From assembly GCA_025699005.1 (NCBI GenBank), contig JAILWI010000002.1, forward strand, positions 217,778 through 281,777: a stretch of DNA of 64,000 nt, written 5' to 3'. Source of the stretch: Chloroflexota bacterium. Lineage in GTDB: Bacteria; Chloroflexota; Limnocylindria; QHBO01. The position numbers and the translations under genes were made by a program. The notes below the pieces were generated by a model that worked only from the letters and a program-made list of their open reading frames with translations, had not been told where the DNA came from and did no database searches. Numbering within the stretch: position 1 is the stretch's first letter; every line of letters begins with the position of its first letter. Shown piece after piece: positions 37,821 through 47,911 of this stretch.

Positions 37821-38243
37821 ATGACCATCCAGGCAGCCGAGCTCCGCGTCGGCAACCTCATGACCCTCGATCCGGTCACCGTCGAGCCCGACGCACCGAT
37901 CGCCGAAGCCGAGCAGCTGCTCAAGACGTACCGCGTCTCGGGCCTGCCGGTCGTTCGTCAGCGGGAGGTGGTCGGCGTGATCAGCCAGTCGGACATCATG
38001 GTCGCCCGTGGCAGCGAGCTCATCGGACCTCGCTGGGACCGGGTGCAGGTGCGACACCTCATGACGGCGCCGCCGGTCACGGTCCACGCGACCGCGACGG
38101 TCGAGTGGGCCGCGCGGCTGATGCTTCGCCGCCACATCCACCGCCTGGTCGTCCTCGCCGATGACGGCACGCCGGTCGGCGTCGTGACGCCACTCGACCT
38201 GCTGCGGTCGCTGGTCGGGGACACCGGGGATGTGAGCGCCTAG
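37821..38243 (+). CDS. CBS-pair domain protein
   Basis: 140 aa, two CBS motifs. GGAGG RBS 7 nt upstream of the ATG at 37821. Confidence 0.8.
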   Translation: MTIQAAELRVGNLMTLDPVTVEPDAPIAEAEQLLKTYRVSGLPVVRQREVVGVISQSDIMVARGSELIGPRWDRVQVRHLMTAPPVTVHATATVEWAARLMLRRHIHRLVVLADDGTPVGVVTPLDLLRSLVGDTGDVSA

Positions 38244-39340
38244 CCGAGGAACGGGGCCACGGCGTCCGCGATGACGAGGTCCTCGCGGGCCGCCACCACG
38301 AGCACCGCCGGCGGACCGATGGCCGCGACCCGGTCGGGTCCGCCGGTCGATGCCGACGTCGGCGCGCCGAGGTTCGAGAGGCGCGCCAGGATCTCGTCTC
38401 GCACGCGGGCGGAATGCTCGCCGACGCCGCCGGTGAACACCAGCGCATCCAGCGACGGCAGGGCGGTCGATGCCGCGCCGATGGCTGCCGCCGCACGTCG
38501 TGCGTACATCGCGATCACGAGGGCCGCCTGCGCGTCGCCGTCCGCGGAGCGCTGCTCGATTTCTCGCAGGCTCGGTGTGCCCGCGAGCGCCGCCAGGCCC
38601 GAGTGATGGGCGAGGCCATCGGCGAGCGTCGCGGGCCGTTCTCCGTTTCGTAGCAGATGGAGCAGGATGCCGGGGTCGATCGCCCCCGCGCGCGTCCCCA
38701 TCATCAGCCCGTCGAGGGGCGTGAATCCCATGCTCGTGTCGACCGAGCGGCCACCGTCGACGGCGGTGACGGAGCTGCCCGAGCCGAGATGCGCGACCAC
38801 GAGGCGGATCGACTCGGGAGCGCGGCCCAGCAGCTCGGCGCTGCGACGTGCGGACCATGCGACGGAGAGGCCGTGGAATCCGTAACGCCGGAGCTTCCAG
38901 CGGTCCACCCATGCCGCGGGCAGGGGATAGCGCCACGCCTCCTCGGGGAGCGTCTCGTGGAAGGCCGTGTCGAAGCATGCGACATGCGGGACATCCGGCA
39001 GAGCTCGTCGTCCCGCTCGCATCAGGGCCGCAGCGCGGCGGTTGTGGAGCGGCGCGAGCGGGTCCAGGTCCTCGATCACGGCGACGACCTCGTTCGTCAC
39101 CTGCACCGGGCGGCGGAGCCGATCGCTCCCGTGGACCACGCGGTAGCCGACGGCGTCCGGCGGGGCGCTGGCGCGGGCGACGACCGACGTCACCAGCCCG
39201 TCCGGATCCGTGGCGGAGTCCGCCGCCGGCCAGTCGGCGCTCGTCGTGTCCGCCTCCCTCGACCCCTCGGTGACCAGGCTCGTCTTCAGGGAGCTCGAGC
39301 CGGCGTTGAGGACCAGGATGCGCAACGCGTCCCGGCTCAC
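38240..39340 (-). CDS. ackA: acetate kinase
   Basis: [13 protein letters not shown]-terminus, HLGSGSS and acetate-kinase C-terminal blocks. GTG start overlaps the xfp stop (GTGA). Confidence 0.85.
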   Translation of the reverse strand: MSRDALRILVLNAGSSSLKTSLVTEGSREADTTSADWPAADSATDPDGLVTSVVARASAPPDAVGYRVVHGSDRLRRPVQVTNEVVAVIEDLDPLAPLHNRRAAALMRAGRRALPDVPHVACFDTAFHETLPEEAWRYPLPAAWVDRWKLRRYGFHGLSVAWSARRSAELLGRAPESIRLVVAHLGSGSSVTAVDGGRSVDTSMGFTPLDGLMMGTRAGAIDPGILLHLLRNGERPATLADGLAHHSGLAALAGTPSLREIEQRSADGDAQAALVIAMYARRAAAAIGAASTALPSLDALVFTGGVGEHSARVRDEILARLSNLGAPTSASTGGPDRVAAIGPPAVLVVAAREDLVIADAVAPFLG

Positions 39341-41745
39341 GCCGGCCAGGTCCAGTCGCGGACCTCGGGGATGTCCTCGCCGTGCTCGCGGGTCCACGCC
39401 CGGGCGGCAAGCCGTCGATCGGCCATCTCCTGGCGCACGTGGCCTGCCGTGACGGCGAGGCCGGGCACGCGGTCGATGACGTCCATCACCAGGTGGTATC
39501 GGTCGAGGTCGTTGAGCATGACCATGTCGAACGGCGTCGTCGTCGTGCCCTCCTCCTTGTAGCCGCGCACGTGGAGGTTGTCGTGGTTCGTGCGCCGATA
39601 CGTCAGCCGGTGAATGAGCCACGGGTATCCGTGGTAGGCGAAGATGATCGGCCGGTCGGCGGTGAACAGCGCATCGAAGTCGGCATCGGGGAGGCCGTGC
39701 GGATGCTCGCGCTCATCCTGCAGGCGCATGAGGTCCACGACGTTCACGACGCGGACCTTCAGATCGGGAAGGTGGCGTCGCAGCAGATCGGCGGCTGCGA
39801 GCGTCTCGATCGTCGGCACGTCGCCCGCGCACCCGAGGACGACGTCGGGCTCCTCGTCGCCGGCGCTGCCGGCCCATTCCCAGATGCCGATACCGCGCGT
39901 GCAGTGCATCACGGCCTCGTCCATGGTCAGCCACTGCGGGGAGGGCTGCTTGCCGGCGACGATGACGTTCACGTAGTTCCGGCTCCGCAGTGCGTGGTCG
40001 CTGACGCTGAGCAGCGTGTTGGCATCCGGCGGCAGGTAGACGCGGATGATCTCGGCCTTCTTGTTCACGACGTGGTCGATGAACCCCGGGTCCTGGTGGC
40101 TGAAGCCGTTGTGGTCCTGCCGCCAGACGTGGCTGCTCAGCAGGTAGTTCAGCGAGGCGATCGGGCGCCGCCACGGGATCTCGCGGGTCGTCTTCAGCCA
40201 CTTGGCGTGCTGGTTGAACATCGAGTCGACGATGTGGATGAAGGCCTCGTAGCAGCTGAAGAGTCCGTGACGGCCGGTGAGCAGGTATCCCTCGAGCCAG
40301 CCCTGGCACGTGTGCTCTGACAGGATCTCGAGCACGCGACCGTCGGGCGCCAGGTGCTCGTCGGTCGGCAGGCGTTCGGCCATCCATGCCTTGTCGGTCA
40401 CGTCGAACACGGCCGAGAGGCGGTTCGAGGCCGTCTCGTCCGGTCCGAACAGCCGGAACGTCTCCGGGTTGAGGCGGATCACGTCCCGCACGAGCTCCCC
40501 GAGCACGCGCGTCGCTTCGGCCACGACGGCGCCCGGCCGGGGTACGTTGACGGCGTAGTCCCGGAAGTCGGGAAGCCGCAGGTCACGGAGGAGGAGTCCG
40601 CCGTTCGCGTGCGGATTCGCGCTCATCCGCCGCGGCCCGGCAGGGGCCAGCTCGGCGACCTCCCGTCGAAGGACGCCGGCGCCGTCGAACAGCTCCTCGG
40701 GACGGTAGCTTCGCAGCCACCGCTCGAGCATCTCGAGGTGGGCGGCGTCGTCGCGGACGTCGGACATCGGCACCTGGTGCGCGCGCCAGGTGCCCTCGAC
40801 CGGGACGCCGTCGACGGCCGCGGGACCGGTCCAGCCCTTGGGAGTGTGGAGGACGATCATCGGCCACCGTGGGCGCCCGGGCTCGGGGTCGCCGGCCGCA
40901 CGGTTCCGCGCCCGCGTCTGGATCTCGGCGATCGTGTCGAGGCAGGCATCCAGGACGTCGGCCATCTGCCGATGGACATCGGCCGGATCGTCGCCGGCCA
41001 CCACGTGCACCTCGTGCCCGAACCCGGTCAGCATAGCCGTGAGCTCGTCCTCGGGGATCCGTGCCAGCACGCTCGGGTTCGCGATCTTGTAGCCGTTGAG
41101 GTGCAGGATCGGCAGCACGGCACCATCGCGCGTCGGATCCAGCCACTTGTTCGCATGCCAGCTCGCGGCCAGCGGCCCGGTCTCGGCCTCGCCGTCGCCG
41201 ATCACGCAGGCGACGAGCAGGTCCGGGTTGTCGAATGCGGCTCCATAGGCGTGGGACAGGGCGTAGCCGAGCTCGCCGCCCTCGTGAATCGAGCCGGGCG
41301 TCTCGGGGGCGACGTGGCTCGGGATGCCCCCGGGGAAGCTGAACTGGCGGAACAGGGCGCGCAGGCCGTCCAGGTCGCGGCCGATGGACGGGTAGACCTC
41401 GGTATACGTCCCCTCGAGGTAGGCGTTCGCGACCAGTCCGGGTCCGCCATGGCCCGGCCCGGTGATGTTGATGACGTCGAGGTCGCGCTCGCGGATGACG
41501 CGGTTGAGGTGGGCGTACACCAGGTTGAGCCCGGGAACGGTTCCGAAGTGGCCGAGGAGGCGTGGCTTGATGTGCTCGGGTCGAAGGGGCTCGCGCAGCA
41601 GCGGGTTGTCGAGCAGGTAGATCTGGCCCACCGAGAGGTAGTTCGCGGCACGCCAGTACGCGTCGAGACGGGTGAGCTCATCGCGTGTCGCGCCCGCGGT
41701 GCGCGCCGCCTCGGTCGCCGCGGGCATGCTCGGTGGTCGCGTCAC
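39337..41745 (-). CDS. xfp: xylulose-5-phosphate/fructose-6-phosphate phosphoketolase
   Basis: 802 aa. [16 protein letters not shown]-terminal block, TPP-binding GPGHG and EGGELGY motifs characteristic of XFP. Confidence 0.9.
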   Translation of the reverse strand: MTRPPSMPAATEAARTAGATRDELTRLDAYWRAANYLSVGQIYLLDNPLLREPLRPEHIKPRLLGHFGTVPGLNLVYAHLNRVIRERDLDVINITGPGHGGPGLVANAYLEGTYTEVYPSIGRDLDGLRALFRQFSFPGGIPSHVAPETPGSIHEGGELGYALSHAYGAAFDNPDLLVACVIGDGEAETGPLAASWHANKWLDPTRDGAVLPILHLNGYKIANPSVLARIPEDELTAMLTGFGHEVHVVAGDDPADVHRQMADVLDACLDTIAEIQTRARNRAAGDPEPGRPRWPMIVLHTPKGWTGPAAVDGVPVEGTWRAHQVPMSDVRDDAAHLEMLERWLRSYRPEELFDGAGVLRREVAELAPAGPRRMSANPHANGGLLLRDLRLPDFRDYAVNVPRPGAVVAEATRVLGELVRDVIRLNPETFRLFGPDETASNRLSAVFDVTDKAWMAERLPTDEHLAPDGRVLEILSEHTCQGWLEGYLLTGRHGLFSCYEAFIHIVDSMFNQHAKWLKTTREIPWRRPIASLNYLLSSHVWRQDHNGFSHQDPGFIDHVVNKKAEIIRVYLPPDANTLLSVSDHALRSRNYVNVIVAGKQPSPQWLTMDEAVMHCTRGIGIWEWAGSAGDEEPDVVLGCAGDVPTIETLAAADLLRRHLPDLKVRVVNVVDLMRLQDEREHPHGLPDADFDALFTADRPIIFAYHGYPWLIHRLTYRRTNHDNLHVRGYKEEGTTTTPFDMVMLNDLDRYHLVMDVIDRVPGLAVTAGHVRQEMADRRLAARAWTREHGEDIPEVRDWTWPA

Positions 41746-41760
41746 GGTACGAGCGTACCG
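41745..41760. promoter_or_regulatory. inverted repeat CGGTACG-AG-CGTACCG at the 5' end of xfp
   Basis: 7-bp perfect arms read directly. Confidence 0.35.
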
Positions 41761-41793
41761 CGGGCGGGAAGGGGCACCCTCATCCGCGTCCGG

Positions 41794-42531
41794 TCAGCGA
41801 TGCATCGCTCGCGGGTGCTCACGGGCCGAGACCGACGCGGCGCCGGGCTCGCGCTCGCGACTGTCGGCGGGCTCGAACTTCGAGTCGTCGAGGTCCCAGG
41901 CGAGCGTGCTGCGCACCTGGGCGACGCCGTCCACCAGGCCGACGAGCTTCTCGATGATCGTGGCCGTGGACCGACGGTCGACGCGACCGCCGATGTCGAC
42001 CACGCCCTCGCTGACGGAGATGCGGAACAGCGTCGGATCCAGCCACATCGTGTGACGCAGGATCTCCTCCCGGATGACGTGCTCGATCTCGGAATCCATG
42101 CGCAGGTACGCGCGCACGAGATCCGCCCGCGTCACGATTCCCACGACGCGACCGCCGTCGACGGCGGGCAGCCGGTTCACATGTCGCTCGATCATCAGGT
42201 TCGCCGCCTCGCGGATCGGACGGTCGGCGTCGATGGTCACGGCCGGCGTGCTCATCGCGTGGCCGGCGGTGAGGGCCGCTCGGCGACGTTCGTGCTCGGG
42301 ATCGGGATCGGCGCCGAAGACCCACTCGAGTGGGTGGCGACGGGCGACCGTCGGTCCTGCCTCCTTGGCCAGCAGATCGGCCTCGGAGATGATGCCGACG
42401 CAGGCATCGCTGGAGTCGACCACGGGAGCTCCCGAGATCCGCCGCTCGGTGAGGAGCGTGGCCACGTCCCGCAGTGTCGTGTCGGTGCGAACCGTTGCCA
42501 CATTGCTGGTCATCACGTCTCGGACCTTCAT
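41794..42531 (-). CDS. CBS-pair plus BON domain protein
   Basis: Two CBS motifs followed by a BON-like C-terminal segment (VSEGVVDIGGRVDRRSTATIIEKLV). ATG overlaps the stop of the upstream USP gene (ATGA). Confidence 0.75.
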   Translation of the reverse strand: MKVRDVMTSNVATVRTDTTLRDVATLLTERRISGAPVVDSSDACVGIISEADLLAKEAGPTVARRHPLEWVFGADPDPEHERRRAALTAGHAMSTPAVTIDADRPIREAANLMIERHVNRLPAVDGGRVVGIVTRADLVRAYLRMDSEIEHVIREEILRHTMWLDPTLFRISVSEGVVDIGGRVDRRSTATIIEKLVGLVDGVAQVRSTLAWDLDDSKFEPADSREREPGAASVSAREHPRAMHR

Positions 42532-43529
42532 CGGGATATCCCTTCGTGCTGCGACTGGAGTGGGGTGGTCGGCGACGTGACCGGTGTGGGCCGCATCACC
42601 AGGACGGAGCAATCAGCGTGGGTGAGCACGTTGCGAGCAACGCTTCCGAGGAGCAGCCGCTCGAGGCCACGCAGGCCGCGGGAGCTCACGACGATGAGGT
42701 CCGCGTTGCATGCGTCAGCGGTGGCGAGGATCTCGTGCGCTGCGTCGCCGGCCGGCGCGTGGGTCGTGACGGTGGTTCCGAGGCCGCTGAACGCCGCGGT
42801 CATCGCGTCGAGCCCGGCGCGCTGATGCCGCTGGAGGTCCTCGTGGAGCTGCGCCAGCCGTTGGTCACCCACCGTGTACAGGCCGGTGTAGAGCGAGAAG
42901 AGGGACGGAGCGGGCACAAGCACCGAGACGATGTCGGTCGGCACGTCACGCGCGAAGCTCCACGAGTCGAGCTGCGCGGGGATGGCTCCTGCGCTCGATG
43001 AACCGTCGGTCGCCACGAGCACGCGCCCGATCGCCGGACGACGAGCGACGAGCACGGCGCAGGGCGCCTCGGTGGCCACTTCCGCGGCGACCGAGCCGAG
43101 GAGGAACGCCCGCAGAGGGCTGTTGCCTCGCGATCCGACGACGATCAGATCCGCGCCGATGCGCTCGGCCGTCTGGAGAATCGCCGTCGCCGGTCGTCCG
43201 CGCACGACGTGGTACTCGACGCTCAAGCCGCGGTCGACGAGGGGGTCAGCCGCCTCACGGAGCTCTTCACTGAGCTCGTCTCGGTACTGGTCCTCGGCAT
43301 CTCCGATCCAGTCCATCGTCGCGCCCACGCCGCCGGTCCAGTCGGCGGGAACGTAGTACGCCGTCACCAGATGTACCGTGCTGCCCGCCGGCCAGCGCGC
43401 AGACGCGACGAGGTCACGGGCGGTCAACGACCGGGGAGATCCCTCGATCCCGAGCAGGATGGTGAGGCCGCGCGGTTTCTCGCCGGCGCCATCGCCCGGA
43501 ACGGTGGGGGCACGGGGTGTGGTGGCCAT
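42528..43529 (-). CDS. tandem universal stress protein (two UspA domains)
   Basis: Two USP domains each with the ATP-binding G-x2-G-x9-G(S) motif (VVGSRGNSPLRAFLLGSVA, VVSSRGLRGLERLLLGSVA). Confidence 0.8.
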   Translation of the reverse strand: MATTPRAPTVPGDGAGEKPRGLTILLGIEGSPRSLTARDLVASARWPAGSTVHLVTAYYVPADWTGGVGATMDWIGDAEDQYRDELSEELREAADPLVDRGLSVEYHVVRGRPATAILQTAERIGADLIVVGSRGNSPLRAFLLGSVAAEVATEAPCAVLVARRPAIGRVLVATDGSSSAGAIPAQLDSWSFARDVPTDIVSVLVPAPSLFSLYTGLYTVGDQRLAQLHEDLQRHQRAGLDAMTAAFSGLGTTVTTHAPAGDAAHEILATADACNADLIVVSSRGLRGLERLLLGSVARNVLTHADCSVLVMRPTPVTSPTTPLQSQHEGISR

Positions 43530-43601
43530 GGCACCAGCCTGCCCGCGGAGGGGGCGCCGAGCATCTGCCGAACGGCCCGTCCGGATGGCCCAAGCGGCCC
43601 G

Positions 43602-46241
43602 CTAAAGGGGTCCCAGGCGAGCGCGCACCAACCGTGTGACGGCGAGACCGGCCGGGAAGCCGATCACCGCGCCGGCCAGCACGATGCCCCATCCCGCGAG
43701 ACCCAGCGGTGCGACGCCGAAGAGACCCGCGAGCGGCGAGTACAGCACCACCGCCTGCAGGAGCAGGCTGCCGGCCACCGCCACGACGAGCCACCGGTTC
43801 GCGAAGAGGGACAGTCCCTCGTGCACGCGGATCACCGCGAGACGCAGGTACTCCTGCACCACGAGCGCGGTGAACGTCAGCGTCTGGGCGGTCTCCAGGT
43901 CGAAGAGGGCCAGGCCGATAAAGAACGTGCCCACCACGATCGTCGCGATCACCGCGCCGACACCGGCGACGAGCGCGAGCATCGCCCGACCGATCACCGG
44001 GCCGTGACGTGGCGGTCGCGCCATGAGCCCGGGAGCCGGTGGGTCGACCGAGAGCGCGATCGCCGGCCCGCTGTCCGTCACGAGGTTGACCCACAGGATC
44101 TGGATGGCGGTCACCGGCAGGTAGCCGAACAGCGAGCCGATGAGGACGACGAGGACCTCGGCCACGTTTCCGGTGAGCAGGTAGTTGAGGAACTTCCTGA
44201 TGTTCGCCGCGATGCGCCGGCCTTCCTCGATGGCCGCCACGATCGTCGCGAAGTTGTCGTCGAGCAGCACCATGTCGGACGCGTCGCGCGCGACGTCGGT
44301 GCCGCGCACGCCCATGGCGATGCCCACGTCGGCGCCCTTCAGTGCCGGCGCGTCGTTGACTCCGTCGCCGGTCATGACCACGACGTGGCCGCGCTGCCGG
44401 AACGCGTCGAGGATGCGCAGCTTGTGGCCGGGCTCGACCCGCGCGAAGATCTCGCCGCGCTCGACCACGTCGTCGTCGGTCAGCGCCTCGAGCTCGCGCC
44501 CCTCGATGGCCGTCGCGGCCAGGCCGATCTCGCGGCCGACGGCCTCGGCCGTTCGCGGGTTGTCGCCGGTGATCATCACCACCCGCACGCCGGCATCGGC
44601 CGTGGCCCGGAGCGCGGGCGCGGCGGCCTCGCGGGGCGGATCGGCCATGCCGGCGAGGCCGTAGAACGTCAGGTCCGACTCGTCGTCGTCGCGGACGGCC
44701 CCGTCGTCGGTACGGCCGGCGAGGGCCAGCACGCGCAGCGCCTCGTCGGCGAGCGCGTCGACGGCTCGGCCGATCTCCTCCCGGTCGGCGTCGGTGATCG
44801 GTCGCTCGCCCCCGTCGGCGTCGAGGTGCGTGCAGCGCGGCAGGATGACCTCAGGGGCTCCCTTGACGAGCACGAGCCGCCGCTCACGATCGTGCGCCAC
44901 GACGCTCATCCGCCGCCGCGCGGACGAGAAGGGATGCTCGGCGGTCCGCTGCCATGCGGTCGGGTCGATGCCGCTCTTCAGCGCGCCGACGAGCAGGGCG
45001 ACCTCGGTCGGGTCGCCGCGGAGCGTGCCGTCGGCATCGCGCGCCGCGTTGTTGCAGACGGCGCCCGCCAGCAGTGCCAGGTTGTCGCGCTGGTCTGTCG
45101 GCTGACCATCGAGCGTGACATCTCCGTCGGTGGCCTCGGGCCCTCCGCTCACGGAGAGCACGCGTCCGCGCCACCAGAGGCGTCGCAGGCTCATGCGGCC
45201 CTCGGTGATCGTGCCGGTCTTGTCGGTGCAGATCAGGTCGGCGGCTCCGACGATCTCGACGACCGGCAGGGAGCGGACGAGGGAACGCCGGTCCAGCATG
45301 CGGCGGGTCCCGAACGCGAGAGCCAGGGTGAGGACGACGGGAAGGCCCTCGGGGATCGCGGCGACCGCCAGGGCGACGGCGGTCACGAACGTCTCGAGCG
45401 GCGGGCGCCCGCCGATCGTCAGCTGGAGGATGGCAATGAGGACGATGAGGATCCCGACCACGGCGGTGACGCGCCGCCCGAGCTCCCCGATCTCGCGCTG
45501 GAACGGCGTCGGTCCCTCCCGGACCGACTGGACCGCGCGCGCGATGCTGCCGATCTCGGTCGCCATGCCGGTGGCGGTGACCACGAACCGACCCCGGCCG
45601 CTCGCCACCGAGGTGCCGAAGAAGAGCATGTCCGCTCGCTCGGCCAGCGGCGTGTCGGCGGCCATCGCCTCCGCGTGCTTGGTCACCGGGAGGCTCTCGC
45701 CCGTCAGCGATGCCTCATCGACACGGAGGTCGTTGGCGACGAGGACCCGCCCGTCGGCGGGGATGCGATCTCCCTCCTCGACGAGGACGACGTCACCCAT
45801 GACGAGCTCGGCGGCATCGACCTGCGCCGGGCCGCCGTCGCGCAGCACGCGGACCCATGCGGTCTCGAGACGCCGCAGGGCCTCGATGCCCCGCTGCGCA
45901 CGGTAGTTCTGCACGAACCCGAGGGCGCCGTTGAGCAGAACGATGACAGCGATGAGGATGGCGTCGCCCCAGCGCGCGTCGGCCGGCTCGGCCACGCTGA
46001 CCGCGATGAGCACGCCGATGGCTCCCAGGAGGACGAGCACGAGAGGATTCCTGACCTCGTCGAGCACGAGATGCCAGGCGGGAATCCCGGGCTGCTGCTG
46101 GAGCTCGTTCCTCCCGTCCCGCGCGAGTCGCCGTGCGGCCTCGTCGGACGCGAGCCCGTCCCGCCCGCTCCCGACGGCACCCAGCACATCGCCGGCGTCC
46201 CGGGCATGAGGGTTGCTCAGGCGCCGTTCCATAGCACCCAC
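43602..46241 (-). CDS. cation-transporting P2-type ATPase (CtpF/Ca2+-ATPase-like)
   Basis: 879 aa. Cation_ATPase_[25 protein letters not shown], 10 TM helices. Confidence 0.9.
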   Translation of the reverse strand: MGAMERRLSNPHARDAGDVLGAVGSGRDGLASDEAARRLARDGRNELQQQPGIPAWHLVLDEVRNPLVLVLLGAIGVLIAVSVAEPADARWGDAILIAVIVLLNGALGFVQNYRAQRGIEALRRLETAWVRVLRDGGPAQVDAAELVMGDVVLVEEGDRIPADGRVLVANDLRVDEASLTGESLPVTKHAEAMAADTPLAERADMLFFGTSVASGRGRFVVTATGMATEIGSIARAVQSVREGPTPFQREIGELGRRVTAVVGILIVLIAILQLTIGGRPPLETFVTAVALAVAAIPEGLPVVLTLALAFGTRRMLDRRSLVRSLPVVEIVGAADLICTDKTGTITEGRMSLRRLWWRGRVLSVSGGPEATDGDVTLDGQPTDQRDNLALLAGAVCNNAARDADGTLRGDPTEVALLVGALKSGIDPTAWQRTAEHPFSSARRRMSVVAHDRERRLVLVKGAPEVILPRCTHLDADGGERPITDADREEIGRAVDALADEALRVLALAGRTDDGAVRDDDESDLTFYGLAGMADPPREAAAPALRATADAGVRVVMITGDNPRTAEAVGREIGLAATAIEGRELEALTDDDVVERGEIFARVEPGHKLRILDAFRQRGHVVVMTGDGVNDAPALKGADVGIAMGVRGTDVARDASDMVLLDDNFATIVAAIEEGRRIAANIRKFLNYLLTGNVAEVLVVLIGSLFGYLPVTAIQILWVNLVTDSGPAIALSVDPPAPGLMARPPRHGPVIGRAMLALVAGVGAVIATIVVGTFFIGLALFDLETAQTLTFTALVVQEYLRLAVIRVHEGLSLFANRWLVVAVAGSLLLQAVVLYSPLAGLFGVAPLGLAGWGIVLAGAVIGFPAGLAVTRLVRARLGPL

Positions 46242-47251
46242 AGCATCACGAAGTAGGCGCCGAGGAGCAGGATCGCGTCCGGCTCACCGCGCTGGAAGCG
46301 CGTGCGCTCACCGTGCACGACGCCGCCGAGCGCGATCGACATCAGGAGCAGGGCCCCCAGGCCGGCCACCATCGCCTGCGATGTCGAGACGGCGGCCAGA
46401 ATCGGTCCCGAGGTCGTGGCGGCATCGGCGGCGAAGACGACCGTCGTGTTGAGGGCGTTGCTGCCGAACAGGTTGCCGACGGCGAGGTCGTAGGCGCCGA
46501 TACGGATCGCGGCAAGGGACGTGGCGAGCTCCGGCAGCGAGGTGGCGAGGGCGAGCAGCGTCACGCCCACGAAGGTCTGGGCAACGCCGAGCTCGTCCGC
46601 GATGGCATGCGCGCTGAGCGCCATGAGCGGGGCAGCCAGGAGGACGACGAGGCCGGCCCCACCGAAGACCAGGGCGTTCCTCCGCAACGGACGAGCGGCG
46701 GTCCCGGGGTCGGCCGGGATCGGCACGATCAGCTCACCGTCCGGAGCCGCCGGCCCCCGCTCCGTCTGGGCCCGACGGATCCACGCGGTGGCGAGCACCC
46801 AGCCGACGACCAGGACGATCGTCTCGAGCCCGATCCATCCGATCGCGAAGCGGACCGGCGTCACGATCCCGAGCAGAAGGATCGCGGTGAGACCCATCGC
46901 AATCGATGCCACGCGGGCGTGCCCGAGACCGATCGCCGGCCACACGCGACCTCGGTGCAGCAGGTCGATGATGGCGAGGATCGCCATGTTCGCCATGCTG
47001 CTGCCGAGAAGGTCGCCGATGGCCAGGTCGGGAGCCCCCGCCATCGCGGCGGTGACATCGGTCGCGATCTCCGGCAGCGATGTCGCGCCCGCCAGCAGCA
47101 GCATGCCGACGAACAGGCCCCCGAGCCCCGACTGGACCGCGATCGCGTCGCCGGTCCTCGCCAGGATGATGCCGGAGACGACCACCACGGCGGCGGCGGT
47201 CGCGAAGATGGCGGTCAGCAGGACGAGGGGCAGGTCGCCGAAGAGCGGCAC
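46217..47251 (-). CDS. Ca2+/cation antiporter (CaCA family, YrbG/NCKX-like sodium:calcium exchanger)
   Basis: Duplicated alpha-repeat motifs GATSLPEIATDV and ATSLPELATSLAA. The N-terminal ~85 codons of the track ORF are not membrane-like. Start is approximate (GTG about 47251). Confidence 0.7.
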   Translation of the reverse strand: MPLFGDLPLVLLTAIFATAAAVVVVSGIILARTGDAIAVQSGLGGLFVGMLLLAGATSLPEIATDVTAAMAGAPDLAIGDLLGSSMANMAILAIIDLLHRGRVWPAIGLGHARVASIAMGLTAILLLGIVTPVRFAIGWIGLETIVLVVGWVLATAWIRRAQTERGPAAPDGELIVPIPADPGTAARPLRRNALVFGGAGLVVLLAAPLMALSAHAIADELGVAQTFVGVTLLALATSLPELATSLAAIRIGAYDLAVGNLFGSNALNTTVVFAADAATTSGPILAAVSTSQAMVAGLGALLLMSIALGGVVHGERTRFQRGEPDAILLLGAYFVMLWVLWNGA

Positions 47252-47342
47252 GATGCTGTTCCCGTGCGTTGCGGGGAAGGTACGTGATTGGATGCCGTTC
47301 GCGCGAGGGGCCGCGCGTCGGGCACGGGCGCAGCTCCGGGCA

Positions 47343-47660
47343 TCACGGCTCCACGGAGCTCCGCTCCGCGGAACCGGGCACCGTTCCGCTGCCGACGAGG
47401 AGCATCCGCGTCCCGTACTCGTCGTCGAGACGATCGACGATCCGGATCCGCGCGTCGACGTGACCGCCATCGGCCGTCGTTGCCTCCATCCGGCGGATGG
47501 CGCCACTGGGCGTCATCTCATCCGGCGCGATGGCGCATGCGAGGTCGACGGTCCAGTCGGCATCCGGCGCCTCGCCCCAGAGGCGCAGCGTGGCCGATCG
47601 ACGGTGCATCCGATGTCCGTCGATCTCGACTCGGTCGAGGTGGATCGATCGTTCGTTCAT
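47343..47660 (-). CDS. hypothetical protein (105 aa)
   Basis: ORF with coding-like composition. No family recognised. Confidence 0.35.
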   Translation of the reverse strand: MNERSIHLDRVEIDGHRMHRRSATLRLWGEAPDADWTVDLACAIAPDEMTPSGAIRRMEATTADGGHVDARIRIVDRLDDEYGTRMLLVGSGTVPGSAERSSVEP

Positions 47661-47911
47661 GGACCATTCCTTCCCGGATGCGACGACGGCCGGCGCTGTC
47701 GCCGGCCGTCGTGCGTGGGTGCCTCGTCAGCCGAGCACGTAGCGCAGAGCGGGAGTTCGCTTCACGTCCGATACCAGCGTGCGCGGTCGGAACGTTACGG
47801 ACACCTGCCGGCGGCCCCGAACTCTGCGGGACAGATGGCCCCCTCCGTGCGGGACCTTGAGCCCTCGCCGCCGTCGTCATCTGCGATCACCGTCGAGTCG
47901 TGCGGAGAGCA

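Noticed and set aside
47369-47388. CGGAAC-N8-GTTCCG inverted repeat as an independent regulatory site
   Set aside because: It lies inside the 3' end of a predicted CDS. Kept only as a note in the neighbouring finding.
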